Positions 39,768 to 49,384 of a DNA stretch of 64,000 bases are shown piece by piece; positions within the stretch are counted from its first letter, which is position 1, and each line of letters begins with the position of its first letter. Source of the stretch: a bacterium (GTDB lineage Bacteria; DRYD01); contig JBCNVB010000013.1 of assembly GCA_039630415.1 (NCBI GenBank), forward strand, positions 34,079 to 98,078, written 5' to 3'. The translations under genes and the position numbers were made by a program. The notes under the pieces are model-generated. The model was not told where the DNA came from. It searched no databases and was given only the letters and a program-made list of their open reading frames with translations.

Positions 39768-40532
39768 ATGAAGGAGTTATTATTTTCAATTTTATTAGCT
39801 ATGGAAAGCAAGATGAAAGTAGGTTATTTGATCGCTGATAAGCCGGGAATGATTATAAAGGGAGGTGTTAATATGAATAGCATGCTTAAATATCCGTATA
39901 AACTACCTGAAATGGGTTATTCATACGATTCACTTGAGCCTCATATAGATGCTTTAACGATGGAAATACACTACACGAAACATCATGGTGCTTATGTTAA
40001 CAATCTAAATACTGCCCTAGAGAAGTATCCATATTTACAGAATTTCACTTTGGAGCAGTTGTTAATGAACCTTTCTGCAATACCGAGTGACATAGTTGAT
40101 GCTGTTAGAAATAACGGAGGAGGGCATTTAAATCATACAATATGGTGGTATACATTAACTCCTGGTGGAAGTAAAGTTCCAGTTGGTGAATTGGCGAAGG
40201 AGATAGAGAAAAATTTTGGAAGTTTTGAGAGTTTCAAGGAACAAATGAACAAGGCGGCTATGTCTAGGTTTGGATCTGGTTGGGCTTGGCTTGTTCTTGA
40301 TCAGTTTGGAAAATTGCACATAATCTCTACTCCTAATCAGGATAATCCAATAATGCAAAACTTGTTACCAATTTTCGGTATAGATGTATGGGAACACTCT
40401 TACTACCTAAAATACCAAAATAGAAGAGCTGATTACCTTAATGCTGTGTGGAATGTCCTTAACTGGGATTTAATTGAAAAGAGATATCAACAGATTAAAT
40501 CCCAGATTGGATTACACGTAATTGTTAACTAA
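39768..40532 (+). CDS. sodA: Superoxide dismutase (Mn-type signature); second in-frame start at 39873
   Basis: [41 protein letters not shown]. Confidence 0.93.
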   Translation: MKELLFSILLAMESKMKVGYLIADKPGMIIKGGVNMNSMLKYPYKLPEMGYSYDSLEPHIDALTMEIHYTKHHGAYVNNLNTALEKYPYLQNFTLEQLLMNLSAIPSDIVDAVRNNGGGHLNHTIWWYTLTPGGSKVPVGELAKEIEKNFGSFESFKEQMNKAAMSRFGSGWAWLVLDQFGKLHIISTPNQDNPIMQNLLPIFGIDVWEHSYYLKYQNRRADYLNAVWNVLNWDLIEKRYQQIKSQIGLHVIVN

Positions 40533-40556
40533 TGTTAATTAATGGGGTGATAGGAT

Positions 40557-41111
40557 ATGGCAGCTGAATCTGTAAAAATTCCTCTTGGTACTTCTTTACC
40601 TTCTTTTAATCTTTCAGATCCTTATGGCAAGTATTATACTGAAAAAGATTTGATGGGACAAAAGGGGTTAGTAGTAATTTTTACATGTAATCATTGTCCT
40701 TATGCACAGGCGGTTTGGCCTAGAACTATTGAGTTATACCATAAAGTAAAGGATAAGGGTGTAAATTTTGTAGCTATCAATCCCAATGCTCCTAATCCAA
40801 ATTATCCTGAGGATAGCCCAGAAAAAATGAAAGAATATATCCAAAAATTGAATATACCATTTCCTTATTTGGTTGACTCTACTCAGGAAGTAGCGAGAAA
40901 GTTTAATGCTCAATGTACACCTGATATATATCTTTATAATGCTCAGGGACAGTTGGTTTACCATGGAAGATTTGATGATAATTGGAAAGATCCTCAAAAA
41001 GTTACAAAAAAAGATTTAGAAGAAGCGATAAATAATCTAATAGAAGGAAGACCGATAAATTCTGAACAGTATCCTTCTATTGGTTGCTCAATAAAGTGGA
41101 CTAATTCTTGA
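40557..41111 (+). CDS. Thioredoxin-family (AhpC/TSA-like) protein
   Basis: CNHCPY, A.CTPD, Y.GRFDD, SIGCSIKW. Confidence 0.9.
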   Translation: MAAESVKIPLGTSLPSFNLSDPYGKYYTEKDLMGQKGLVVIFTCNHCPYAQAVWPRTIELYHKVKDKGVNFVAINPNAPNPNYPEDSPEKMKEYIQKLNIPFPYLVDSTQEVARKFNAQCTPDIYLYNAQGQLVYHGRFDDNWKDPQKVTKKDLEEAINNLIEGRPINSEQYPSIGCSIKWTNS

Positions 41112-41124
41112 AAGTAAGCTATCT

Positions 41125-41159
41125 TAGCTCCATGGGGGTATTTAACCCCCCATGGGCTA
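41125..41159. terminator. Probable bidirectional intrinsic terminator
   Basis: Stem CCATGGGGG/CCCCCATGG extended by TAGC/GCTA, between convergent genes. Confidence 0.8.
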
Positions 41160-41200
41160 CAAAAACTCAACTTGTGCTAAGCTAATAACTAAAAAACTAA

Positions 41201-41989
41201 TTAGTCTTGTTTTTGATAGGAAGAGGGTATAGTGAAATATCTATCGCTATAGTCTACCACCTTTATACCGGTTAATCTCTCTTGATATACTATTTTTTGG
41301 TATTGATTTTGTCCGTAAAACCTATATTCTAGGATTATGCTATCGGGAAGGATTTGCGAATTATTTTGAATTAGGGAGTGGTTTGTTATTTCTCTTAGGG
41401 GTGTATTATATTTCAGTAAAATGTCAGTATGTTTTTCGTCTAGAATGTAGTTGATAGGTGCTGATATTATTTCTAGTAGAAGATTTATATTTTCTTCTTT
41501 TATATATCCGCGTATTTTTTGAGCTTTTATTAGGGAGTTGTTATAGTTATATTCTAATTCTTGGATGGATAAGCTAGACTGATTTTTATCGAGAGATTCT
41601 TTTTTGGATTTTTCTGGAATTGAATAGGAATCTATTATTTCTTGCAGAGATGCTTTGTTTGGGAAAATTTTATACTTCTTTTGGTTGTGATCTATGACGT
41701 AGTATTCTGATGGCTTAAGTATTATTGAGCCAGATTGCCTTTGTTTGGTATTATTTTTATCATTCGAGTAAAATATTTCTACGTCTATCTTTACTTTTTC
41801 TTCTGATAAGAAGAAGAACATTCTAACATTTTTAGATTCTACGTTTTTACTACTTTGATTTGCTAGTGTTATGTCTTTTATGATAAGAGGTATTTTTGTA
41901 TTGTTTTCTGTTTGAGTTTGCTGAATCATTGTAAGGATTAAAAATAGTATGCATAGGGTTGTGATTATGAGCTGTTTACTTGTTTTCAT
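41201..41989 (-). CDS. Hypothetical exported protein
   Basis: Signal peptide; C-terminal F.IP.SY resembles DUF4412-like ends. SD GGAGGT. Confidence 0.6.
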   Translation of the reverse strand: MKTSKQLIITTLCILFLILTMIQQTQTENNTKIPLIIKDITLANQSSKNVESKNVRMFFFLSEEKVKIDVEIFYSNDKNNTKQRQSGSIILKPSEYYVIDHNQKKYKIFPNKASLQEIIDSYSIPEKSKKESLDKNQSSLSIQELEYNYNNSLIKAQKIRGYIKEENINLLLEIISAPINYILDEKHTDILLKYNTPLREITNHSLIQNNSQILPDSIILEYRFYGQNQYQKIVYQERLTGIKVVDYSDRYFTIPSSYQKQD

Positions 41990-42107
41990 CTATTTTTACC
42001 TCCTGTAGTGTACCTAATATTTATTTTGACTTTTTAGGTTAAAACTACTTCTTAAGAGTGAGTTAAAATGATGGAGGAATTACAGAGTAAGAGGGGTACT
42101 GTTAAGA

Positions 42108-43178
42108 GTGTTGAAGATTTTGTATGTGAGTAATATTTTATGGTCAATTTTTTTACTTCTTGTATTCTTAGTGGTTGCTTTTAGTATTAGAGAATTGATT
42201 TTAAGACTTATCTCAAGATTTTCAAAAAACGATAAAAGTATTGTTGATTCTTTTAGATTTTTTTCGTTTTTGTGGATTATTACTATTTGTTTTATTTTTA
42301 TTATTAGTTTGGGTAAGTCTTCAATTTCACTACTTGGTTTGAGTGATAAAATTGTGAATAATATTGGGAGTGTTTTAGTTTCATTTGAGAGATTTTTTAT
42401 ATTTGTTTTGATTGTTAGTTTTTACCTTTACGTTGCGGATGTGATTATTTTTCTACTTAAGAAAAAATTGAATGAATTGGAAACTCCATTACCCAACTTG
42501 GGGATATTTTATAATTTATTGAAAATATTGATTGGTTTAATTGGTCTTATAACAGGTTTATGGTATTTGAATATTCCAATAACTCCATTAATTACTACTC
42601 TTGGGATTGGGGGATTTGCTATTTCATTGGCTCTTCAGGGAGTTTTATCTAATTTTTTTGCCGGTATGAATATCGTTCTTTCAAGGATAATATACAAAGG
42701 AGACTATATTAAAATTGATAACCTGTATGAAGGGTACGTAGAGGATATATCATGGTTTAGTACAAAGTTAATTACCAAAGAAAAAAATGAAATAATGGTT
42801 CCCAATTCTAAAATAATTAACTCTGTTGTCATCAACTATAAAGATCCTTCCTATAGATACAAAATTAATATACCTTTGAGCTTAAGCTATGAGTGTGATT
42901 TAGATAAAGTAGAAGAGATAACTATGAAAATTGCAAGGCAGATACAAAAAACTGTTGTTGGAGCTAATCCAGATTTTGAACCTATCATAAGGTTTTCTTC
43001 TTTTTGTGATTACTCTATTAACATGAATGTAATTCTTGAGGTAACTAATCCAGAATATCAGTTTACTATCATTCATGAATTCATAAAAGCTCTTAGGAGA
43101 GAATATGAGAAGCAAAATGTGAAGGTAGATATAGGTTTTAGGGGTATTTATAAAAAAGAGAGGATTAAAAAAGAGTAG
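42108..43178 (+). CDS. MscS-family mechanosensitive channel
   Basis: LGIGG.AI.LALQ..LSNFFAG, GDYI.I....G.VEDI, VPNS. Confidence 0.92.
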   Translation: MLKILYVSNILWSIFLLLVFLVVAFSIRELILRLISRFSKNDKSIVDSFRFFSFLWIITICFIFIISLGKSSISLLGLSDKIVNNIGSVLVSFERFFIFVLIVSFYLYVADVIIFLLKKKLNELETPLPNLGIFYNLLKILIGLIGLITGLWYLNIPITPLITTLGIGGFAISLALQGVLSNFFAGMNIVLSRIIYKGDYIKIDNLYEGYVEDISWFSTKLITKEKNEIMVPNSKIINSVVINYKDPSYRYKINIPLSLSYECDLDKVEEITMKIARQIQKTVVGANPDFEPIIRFSSFCDYSINMNVILEVTNPEYQFTIIHEFIKALRREYEKQNVKVDIGFRGIYKKERIKKE

Positions 43179-43202
43179 AAAAATATTTAGGAGGTAAATT
43201 GC

Positions 43203-44669
43203 ATGAAAATAAAAATCTGCTCATGTAGTAACTGTCTTTATAAAGGTATTAGCTATGAGGGTTTTGAAGTTGAAAGATGTGGTTGTTTAGGACTCTGTGG
43301 TTTCGGACCTATCGGTATAATCGATTCTAAACTTATTCCAATTAACAATAGATTACTCAATCAGATCAGAAATGATCCAACTATCGTAAACAATATTGAG
43401 AGTCTTAACTTTGATAAACATAATAAAATTATAATGAAGAATAATGATGTAGTAGATCCTGAGGATATAGACAGTTACATAGCTGTTGGTGGGTTTAAAG
43501 CCTTAGGTATTGCGTTAGATAGAGGTGGTGAATGGGTTATTAAGCAAATAGAGTTGAGTGGGTTAAAAGGGAGAGGTGGCGCAGCTTTTCCTACTTTTAC
43601 TAAGCTCAAGATGGTAAGAGAACAGCCGGAAAAGCCAAAGTATGTTGTAGCTAATCTTGAAGAAGGTGAAGTAGCTTCATTTAATAACACTATTCTTGCA
43701 GAGTCCAACCCTTTCTGTATTGTTGAGGGTATGATCATAGCTGCTTTTGCGGTAGGAGCAACTTATGGTTACATTTTCGTAAATAATAAAGCTAAGCTAG
43801 CTATAAAAAGATTGCAAAAAGCTATAGAAGATGCTAGAAGAAAAGGTTATTTAGGTAAAATTTCAGATGATTTTGAATTCGATATAGAAATAAGAAGATC
43901 TCCAAGTGCTTACATAGCTGGTGAAGAAACAGCAATGCTAGAAGTTATAGAAGGTAAAAAAGCTTTTCCTCGTAACAAACCACCTTTCCCTGTTACTAAA
44001 GGTCTTTTTATGAAACCTACTCTTATAAATAATGTAGAAACCTTGGCTGCAATACCTCATATAATAACTAACGGTTATGAATACTATACTTCTTTTGGTT
44101 GTGAGGGTTCATTTGGAACTAAAATGATATCTTTAACTGGCAATGTTAACAATCCTTGCGTTAATGAGGTTCCTTTTGGTATTAGTATAGCTGATATAGT
44201 TCAAAAAATAGGTATGGGTTATAGAGAGGAAAACAAGGGGTTTTTAGTTGGTGGACCTTCGGGTGGAATTATATCACAAGAACTTGAAAATACACCCTAT
44301 ACCTATCAGGATATAGCAAAAACTGGAGCTATGGTGGGAAGTGGAGGAATGTACGTAATACCCAAAAGTTTATGTATTCCTGAATTTGTATGGTATTTAA
44401 TGAATTTCTTTAAGGATGAAAGTTGTGGACAATGTATTCCATGTAGAGTAGGAACGGTTAAACTTACTGGAATTTTGCAGAACCTTATGTATGGAAAGGA
44501 TTTACCTTCTAATCTGGACGAGATTAATGACTTTATTATGAATGTAAGTTTATGTGGATTAGGTCAGGCAGCTCCTATACCTTTAATCACAGCAATGAAA
44601 TACTTCCCAGAAGAATTCGTAGCCGAAAACTTTAAAAAGAAAAGTAGTACTCTAGTTTCAAAAACATAG
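43203..44669 (+). CDS. NuoF/HoxF-like flavo-FeS diaphorase subunit with N-terminal thioredoxin-like [2Fe-2S] module
   Basis: GRGGAAFPT, YIAGEETA, INNVET, GGPSGG, ESCGQCIPCR.G, SLCGLG; N-terminal C..C..GCLGLC.FGP. Confidence 0.88.
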   Translation: MKIKICSCSNCLYKGISYEGFEVERCGCLGLCGFGPIGIIDSKLIPINNRLLNQIRNDPTIVNNIESLNFDKHNKIIMKNNDVVDPEDIDSYIAVGGFKALGIALDRGGEWVIKQIELSGLKGRGGAAFPTFTKLKMVREQPEKPKYVVANLEEGEVASFNNTILAESNPFCIVEGMIIAAFAVGATYGYIFVNNKAKLAIKRLQKAIEDARRKGYLGKISDDFEFDIEIRRSPSAYIAGEETAMLEVIEGKKAFPRNKPPFPVTKGLFMKPTLINNVETLAAIPHIITNGYEYYTSFGCEGSFGTKMISLTGNVNNPCVNEVPFGISIADIVQKIGMGYREENKGFLVGGPSGGIISQELENTPYTYQDIAKTGAMVGSGGMYVIPKSLCIPEFVWYLMNFFKDESCGQCIPCRVGTVKLTGILQNLMYGKDLPSNLDEINDFIMNVSLCGLGQAAPIPLITAMKYFPEEFVAENFKKKSSTLVSKT

Positions 44670-44684
44670 GTTTCAGGGACGTAA

Positions 44685-45293
44685 ATGGATTACTTTTATC
44701 CTGAAATATCCAGACTTATAGAGGTTTTACAAAAACTTCCTTTAGTTGGACCCAAAACTTCAGAAAAAGTAGCTTTCTTCATAATCGATTCACCTAACGA
44801 ATTAGTAGAAGAAATCATAGAGTCTATCAAAAATGTAAAGGAAAATATTGTTAAATGTTCCAGGTGTTTTTCGTTAACTGCTATCCCAAATAACCCTTGC
44901 TCTATTTGCATAGACCAAAATAGAGAACCTATCTTATGCGTGGTTGAGAATTTCTATGATCAAATGATTATTGAAAGATACGGTATTTTTAGTGGTAAAT
45001 ATCATGTTTTGGAAGGACTAATAGATCCAATAGAAGGGAAAACACCTGATAAAATAAGGATAAAAGAGCTTTTAAGAAGAATATCAAGTGAAAGTATAAA
45101 AGAGCTGATATTTGCAATACCTTCTTCTATAGAGGGTGATATGACTGTTGAGTATATAACATCCAAAGTTAAGGAAATAAATGATTCAATTACAATATCT
45201 AGACTTGCCGTGGGTATCCCCGCTGGTAGTACGATAGAAAATATAGATAAGGTTACACTGATTAATGCTATACATAATAGAAAGCCGGTTTAA
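44685..45293 (+). CDS. recR: Recombination mediator RecR
   Basis: LP.VGPKT, C4 zinc finger CSRC..CSIC, CVVE, YHVL.G, EGD.T, SRLA.GIP.G. Confidence 0.95.
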   Translation: MDYFYPEISRLIEVLQKLPLVGPKTSEKVAFFIIDSPNELVEEIIESIKNVKENIVKCSRCFSLTAIPNNPCSICIDQNREPILCVVENFYDQMIIERYGIFSGKYHVLEGLIDPIEGKTPDKIRIKELLRRISSESIKELIFAIPSSIEGDMTVEYITSKVKEINDSITISRLAVGIPAGSTIENIDKVTLINAIHNRKPV

Positions 45294-45321
45294 ATAGTGA
45301 AATTAATTCTAAAATTCTTCA

Positions 45322-46110
45322 ATGGTTCGTAATGGTGAGATCGTAAAATTGATTAATATAAATGATCTAACAAAATTTTACCTCAGAAAAATTGTTAAGG
45401 ATTTTACAACGTTTGAAGATCATAGGGGTAATCGTATTCTCGCAAATGATCTGATTGGTAAAAACTACGGAACAATTGTTGGTAATTATGTAGTTGTTAA
45501 ACCATCAATAGAGGACTTCATTTTATACTATTGGAAAAGAAAAACGCAGATAGTATATCCTAAGGACGCGGGGTATATTGTTACCAAAGTTGGAGAGCTA
45601 AGAAATAAAAAAGTTTTAGAGATTGCTACTGGTAGTGGGGTTATGTCTCTGTTTTGGGCAAAGAGTGTTTATCCGAATGGAAAAGTTTTCTCAATCGACA
45701 AAAATTATAGTTTTATAAAGAACGCTTATTGTAATATTAAGGATTTTGACTTTACTTTTGAAACTGATTATCTGAGTGTTATAAAGTTTTTTGTTTCACA
45801 GGATATATATTTTTTCAGTAGCAAAGGCTCAGAAGATAGTTTTTTCGATGTAGTTTTTCTTGATGTTCCTGTATTTGAAAACTTTGTAGATATGGTTTAT
45901 AATTATCTGCTTAGTGGGGGATATTTAGTTTCTGTTTTGCCTACGACAAACCAGGTAGTTTCTCTGATTGGTAAAATTAAAAAAGGGTTTGTAGATATTC
46001 AAGTTGAGGAAATTATTTTAAGAAAGTATAAAGTTAATCCCGATAGGTTTAGACCTGTAGATACTATGGTTGCACATACTGCTTATATTATATCTGCTAA
46101 GAAAACTTAA
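45322..46110 (+). CDS. trmI: tRNA (adenine-N1, A58)-methyltransferase TrmI/GCD14-like
   Basis: R.TQIVYPKD, E.ATGSG, FLDVP, PT.NQV, RP...MVAHTAY. Confidence 0.85.
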   Translation: MVRNGEIVKLININDLTKFYLRKIVKDFTTFEDHRGNRILANDLIGKNYGTIVGNYVVVKPSIEDFILYYWKRKTQIVYPKDAGYIVTKVGELRNKKVLEIATGSGVMSLFWAKSVYPNGKVFSIDKNYSFIKNAYCNIKDFDFTFETDYLSVIKFFVSQDIYFFSSKGSEDSFFDVVFLDVPVFENFVDMVYNYLLSGGYLVSVLPTTNQVVSLIGKIKKGFVDIQVEEIILRKYKVNPDRFRPVDTMVAHTAYIISAKKT

Positions 46111-46693
46111 GTTTAGTCAATTCATAGTAATCTTTCTGGTAGGGTATTCCTACTAAGAATAGTTCCTGCTCATGGTAAATTAGTTGTAGGTTCTTATTTT
46201 TGGTTTTAGCTTTGTATTCTAAGTAAGTTTCTTTTAGTTTGGGGTTAAGGATATACATTTTTTGATTTTCTGAGCCTTTCCAGATGAGTTCTGATTCGAG
46301 TCCCCATATGAATGGTCCGTCGATAATTACATCTACTAAATTTTTCAATTGTTCCCATATTAGGGGATTTTTATTTTTGTATTCTCGTAAATTATATCCT
46401 GTGTATAAAAGAATGTCTTTTTTTGTTGGTTTTACAAGCTTTAATAATTCGATTAGTTGTTGTGCTTGGTCGAGTGGTTCTCCTCCGGAGATTGTTAGTT
46501 TATCTGTTGGGTAGGAGTTTATTATTTCGGATAGGGTGTGGATGCTAATTTTATGTTTTGGTAAGGGGTACCAGGTATGTTGAGAGATGCAATTTTTGCA
46601 TTTTATTGAGCATCCTTGGGTCCATAGTCCTGCTCTTATACCAGGTCCCAGGGTATGTATGGGATAGTATACTAAGCTCACATACATGTACAT
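46097..46693 (-). CDS. NrdG-like radical SAM protein (single 4Fe-4S cluster)
   Basis: LGPG.R..W.QGCSIKCKNC, ISGGEP.DQ, YTGY, DGPF, GSENQ. Confidence 0.85.
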   Translation of the reverse strand: MYMYVSLVYYPIHTLGPGIRAGLWTQGCSIKCKNCISQHTWYPLPKHKISIHTLSEIINSYPTDKLTISGGEPLDQAQQLIELLKLVKPTKKDILLYTGYNLREYKNKNPLIWEQLKNLVDVIIDGPFIWGLESELIWKGSENQKMYILNPKLKETYLEYKAKTKNKNLQLIYHEQELFLVGIPYQKDYYELTKLKFS

Positions 46694-46709
46694 GGCTTTT
46701 GTACATAGC

Positions 46710-47600
46710 TTATTTTAGCACGTTTACTTTATGTAAAATTTGGTTTGTTATTTGACTATCTTGGCAGTCTTGCAGATAAAGTAGAGCACATTTTTTAGCT
46801 AGGTTTCTGATATCAATAAGTTTTTTTGATCTTTCGATCGGTCCTATTGCATTTCTTGAATCTAATAGGTTAAATACGTGTGACATTTTGAGTACAAAAT
46901 CGTATGCGGGATAGTATAAATTTTCTGATATTAATTTCTGTGCTTCTTCATAGTACAATTCGTAGAGTTTTTTGAGAACATCAACATTTGCTTTGTCTAG
47001 GTTGTAATATGAAAATTGTACTTCTTGGTTATAGTATAGATCTTTGTAAGAAGTATCATTTTTCCATTTTATATCCCAAATTTTGTTCTTATCTTGTACA
47101 AACATTGCGATTCTTTCAATTCCATAGGTTATTTCTACGGGTATTTTTTTTAGTTCTATGCCTCCCATGAGTTGGAAGTAGGTAAATTGAGTAATTTCCA
47201 TTCCATCGAGCCATACTTCCCATCCTATACCCCATGCTCCCAGAGATGGTGACTCCCAATTATCTTCTATGAATCTGAGATCGTGTTTATGGATATCTAT
47301 ATCCAGGTAGGAAAGACTTTTTATGTAAATATCTTGTATGTCATCTGGAGTTGGTTTGATGATAACTTGGTATTGGAAGTAGTGTTGTAATCGGTTGGGG
47401 TTTTGGGCGTATCTACCATCTGTTGGTCTTATGGAGGGTTCTATATATGCTACTTTCCATTCGTTTTCATCTAAACTTTTGAAGAAGGTAAGTGGGTTCA
47501 TGGTTCCAGCACCAACTTCGGTATGGTAAGGAGTACCTATTATACATCCCTGATCTGACCAATATTCGTTTAGTTTTTGTATTATTGTTTGGAAGTCCAT
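46710..47600 (-). CDS. glyQ: Glycine--tRNA ligase alpha subunit
   Basis: EVGAGT, RP.DGRY..NPNRLQHY.QYQV, EDNWESP.LGAWG.GWEVW, TYGIER. Confidence 0.97.
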   Translation of the reverse strand: MDFQTIIQKLNEYWSDQGCIIGTPYHTEVGAGTMNPLTFFKSLDENEWKVAYIEPSIRPTDGRYAQNPNRLQHYFQYQVIIKPTPDDIQDIYIKSLSYLDIDIHKHDLRFIEDNWESPSLGAWGIGWEVWLDGMEITQFTYFQLMGGIELKKIPVEITYGIERIAMFVQDKNKIWDIKWKNDTSYKDLYYNQEVQFSYYNLDKANVDVLKKLYELYYEEAQKLISENLYYPAYDFVLKMSHVFNLLDSRNAIGPIERSKKLIDIRNLAKKCALLYLQDCQDSQITNQILHKVNVLK

Positions 47601-47603
47601 TTT

Positions 47604-48581
47604 TCACTCCTTGTTTTTCAGGCTTTCTTTTACAAATATCAGATCTTCTATTAGTTTGGATACACTTTTATATCTTCTTTCTGGTTTTTTTTCGATGCAT
47701 TTCATAATGATCTTTTCAAGTTGGGTTGGTATTTGAGGATTTATAAGGGTTGGTAGGGTTGGTGTTTCTTTCATATGTTTTATTATTACTTCACTGGCAT
47801 TTCCTTCGAAAGGGAGTTTGCCTGTAAATATTTCATACATTGTTATTCCTAGGGAGTATATATCTATTTTGGGGTCAGTATAAACTCCTTCAAACAATTC
47901 GGGAGCCATATAGGAGGGTGTTCCTAGTATTTGTCCAGCATATGTTATTGGTTTCCAATAAACTATCCTCGATATTCCTAGGTCTGTTAATTTGGAGTTT
48001 TTTATGTTAGTATGTACTAGTATGTTTTCAGGTTTTATATCTCTGTGTATTATGCCTTTATTGTGGAGGTAATTTAATGCGTTGGAGATAGCTAAGATTA
48101 CGTCTATTTTTTGGATAAGAGTTAGGTCATGGTATACTTCGTCTAGAGTTTTACCTTCGACATACTCGAGTATGAGATAAGGTTTGCCTTCATGTTCTCC
48201 GTAGTCAAATATTTGAACTATGTTTACATGTTTTATTTGTTTTAGGATTTCAACTTCTCTTTTGAATCTTTCGAGTAGTTCTGGATCTTCGGATTGGAAT
48301 AATTTAGCTGCATAGAGTTTATTGTCTTTTTCTACGAGATATACCTTGCTTGTAGCTCCTTGTCCTAATACTTTTATTACTTTATATTGCCCTATATATT
48401 TTCCTGATCCTGTGGGTTTTGTAGAGGGGGTACTAGAAAATGTTGAGGTATTTTTTGACTGTTTTATTGAGGATTGTAATTCTTGTTTTTGTTTACTTGT
48501 TTTTAGCTTAGTAATCAATAAATAGAGTATTACTAAGATGGCTACTATTGAGATTGTTGTTAGCAGTATTGTATTATCCAT
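47604..48581 (-). CDS. Hanks-type Ser/Thr protein kinase with N-terminal TM anchor
   Basis: LGQGATSKVY, AAK, HRDIKPEN, DLG, GTPSYMAPE, DIYSLG. Confidence 0.93.
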   Translation of the reverse strand: MDNTILLTTISIVAILVILYLLITKLKTSKQKQELQSSIKQSKNTSTFSSTPSTKPTGSGKYIGQYKVIKVLGQGATSKVYLVEKDNKLYAAKLFQSEDPELLERFKREVEILKQIKHVNIVQIFDYGEHEGKPYLILEYVEGKTLDEVYHDLTLIQKIDVILAISNALNYLHNKGIIHRDIKPENILVHTNIKNSKLTDLGISRIVYWKPITYAGQILGTPSYMAPELFEGVYTDPKIDIYSLGITMYEIFTGKLPFEGNASEVIIKHMKETPTLPTLINPQIPTQLEKIIMKCIEKKPERRYKSVSKLIEDLIFVKESLKNKE

Positions 48582-49320
48582 TAGTGTTTGTAGTTTTTTG
48601 TATTTTTTGTTTGATGCTATTCAAGATGGAATATAGGTATTTGCGTGATATATTCAGTTTTTGTGCTATCATTGTTTTAGTAATATCCTCGAAGAACAGG
48701 AATTTTATTACTTTTTTTTCGATTTCAGAAAATTTGGACATGATTTGTTCAAGGAATATTTTGTCTTCTATGGGTAGATCTAGGTCTTTATGTTTTTTTG
48801 ATCTTATTACTGAAACATCTATATTTTCTTTTTGTGGCAGTGAGAGGATTTCTTTTACAGCTGTTTCTGTTATGTTAAATTTTTCTGATATTTCGCTGAT
48901 TGTTGCATTGGGTTTTAAAGATATGTACTTTTGTATTTGGTAGTACAATTTTCTTATTGTTTTTGGAATTTTTATGATGTCTTGTCTCATTACATAGTTT
49001 TTTATTTCTTTTTCTATGTAGCAGAGGATGAATGGAGTGGGATCTTCATAAGTTTCCTGGTAATTTTGAAGTGCCTTTATAATTGCTAGTATTGCTATTT
49101 GTTTTATGTCTTCTTTGTCGAAGGTATGATATTTATAAGCCAGTTTATTTATGTAATTTTCGAATAGAGGTATTATTTGTTGGCAGAGTATCTTGTCTCT
49201 GTTTTCTTTTTCTTCCTGTTTGTATTTTTTGACTATTTCTTTTAGGGTTCGTGGAGGTGATTCTTGTTCTATGAAAATGTCGTATAGGACTAAGGTTGCT
49301 TTTTTAGATTTATTTACCAT
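48574..49320 (-). CDS. Alternative sigma-70 factor, SigB/SigF/SigG-like
   Basis: EDIKQ...A..KA, I.KEIK.Y.RQ..IKIP, region 3 TI.EI.E, region 4 E..VI...FF.D.T...IA.KL.ISR. Confidence 0.8.
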   Translation of the reverse strand: MVNKSKKATLVLYDIFIEQESPPRTLKEIVKKYKQEEKENRDKILCQQIIPLFENYINKLAYKYHTFDKEDIKQIAILAIIKALQNYQETYEDPTPFILCYIEKEIKNYVMRQDIIKIPKTIRKLYYQIQKYISLKPNATISEISEKFNITETAVKEILSLPQKENIDVSVIRSKKHKDLDLPIEDKIFLEQIMSKFSEIEKKVIKFLFFEDITKTMIAQKLNISRKYLYSILNSIKQKIQKTTNTNG

Positions 49321-49384
49321 CCTAGGTATATATTCTATTTAGTATGTTTTTTTCCCTACCATATTTGGATTGATATTTTGGTTT

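Noticed and set aside
46097-46693. Radical SAM enzyme as the maturase of the RiPP-like precursor
   Set aside because: It is a short NrdG-like protein without SPASM or RRE domains, lies 30 kb away, and the cores fit ATP-grasp chemistry instead.
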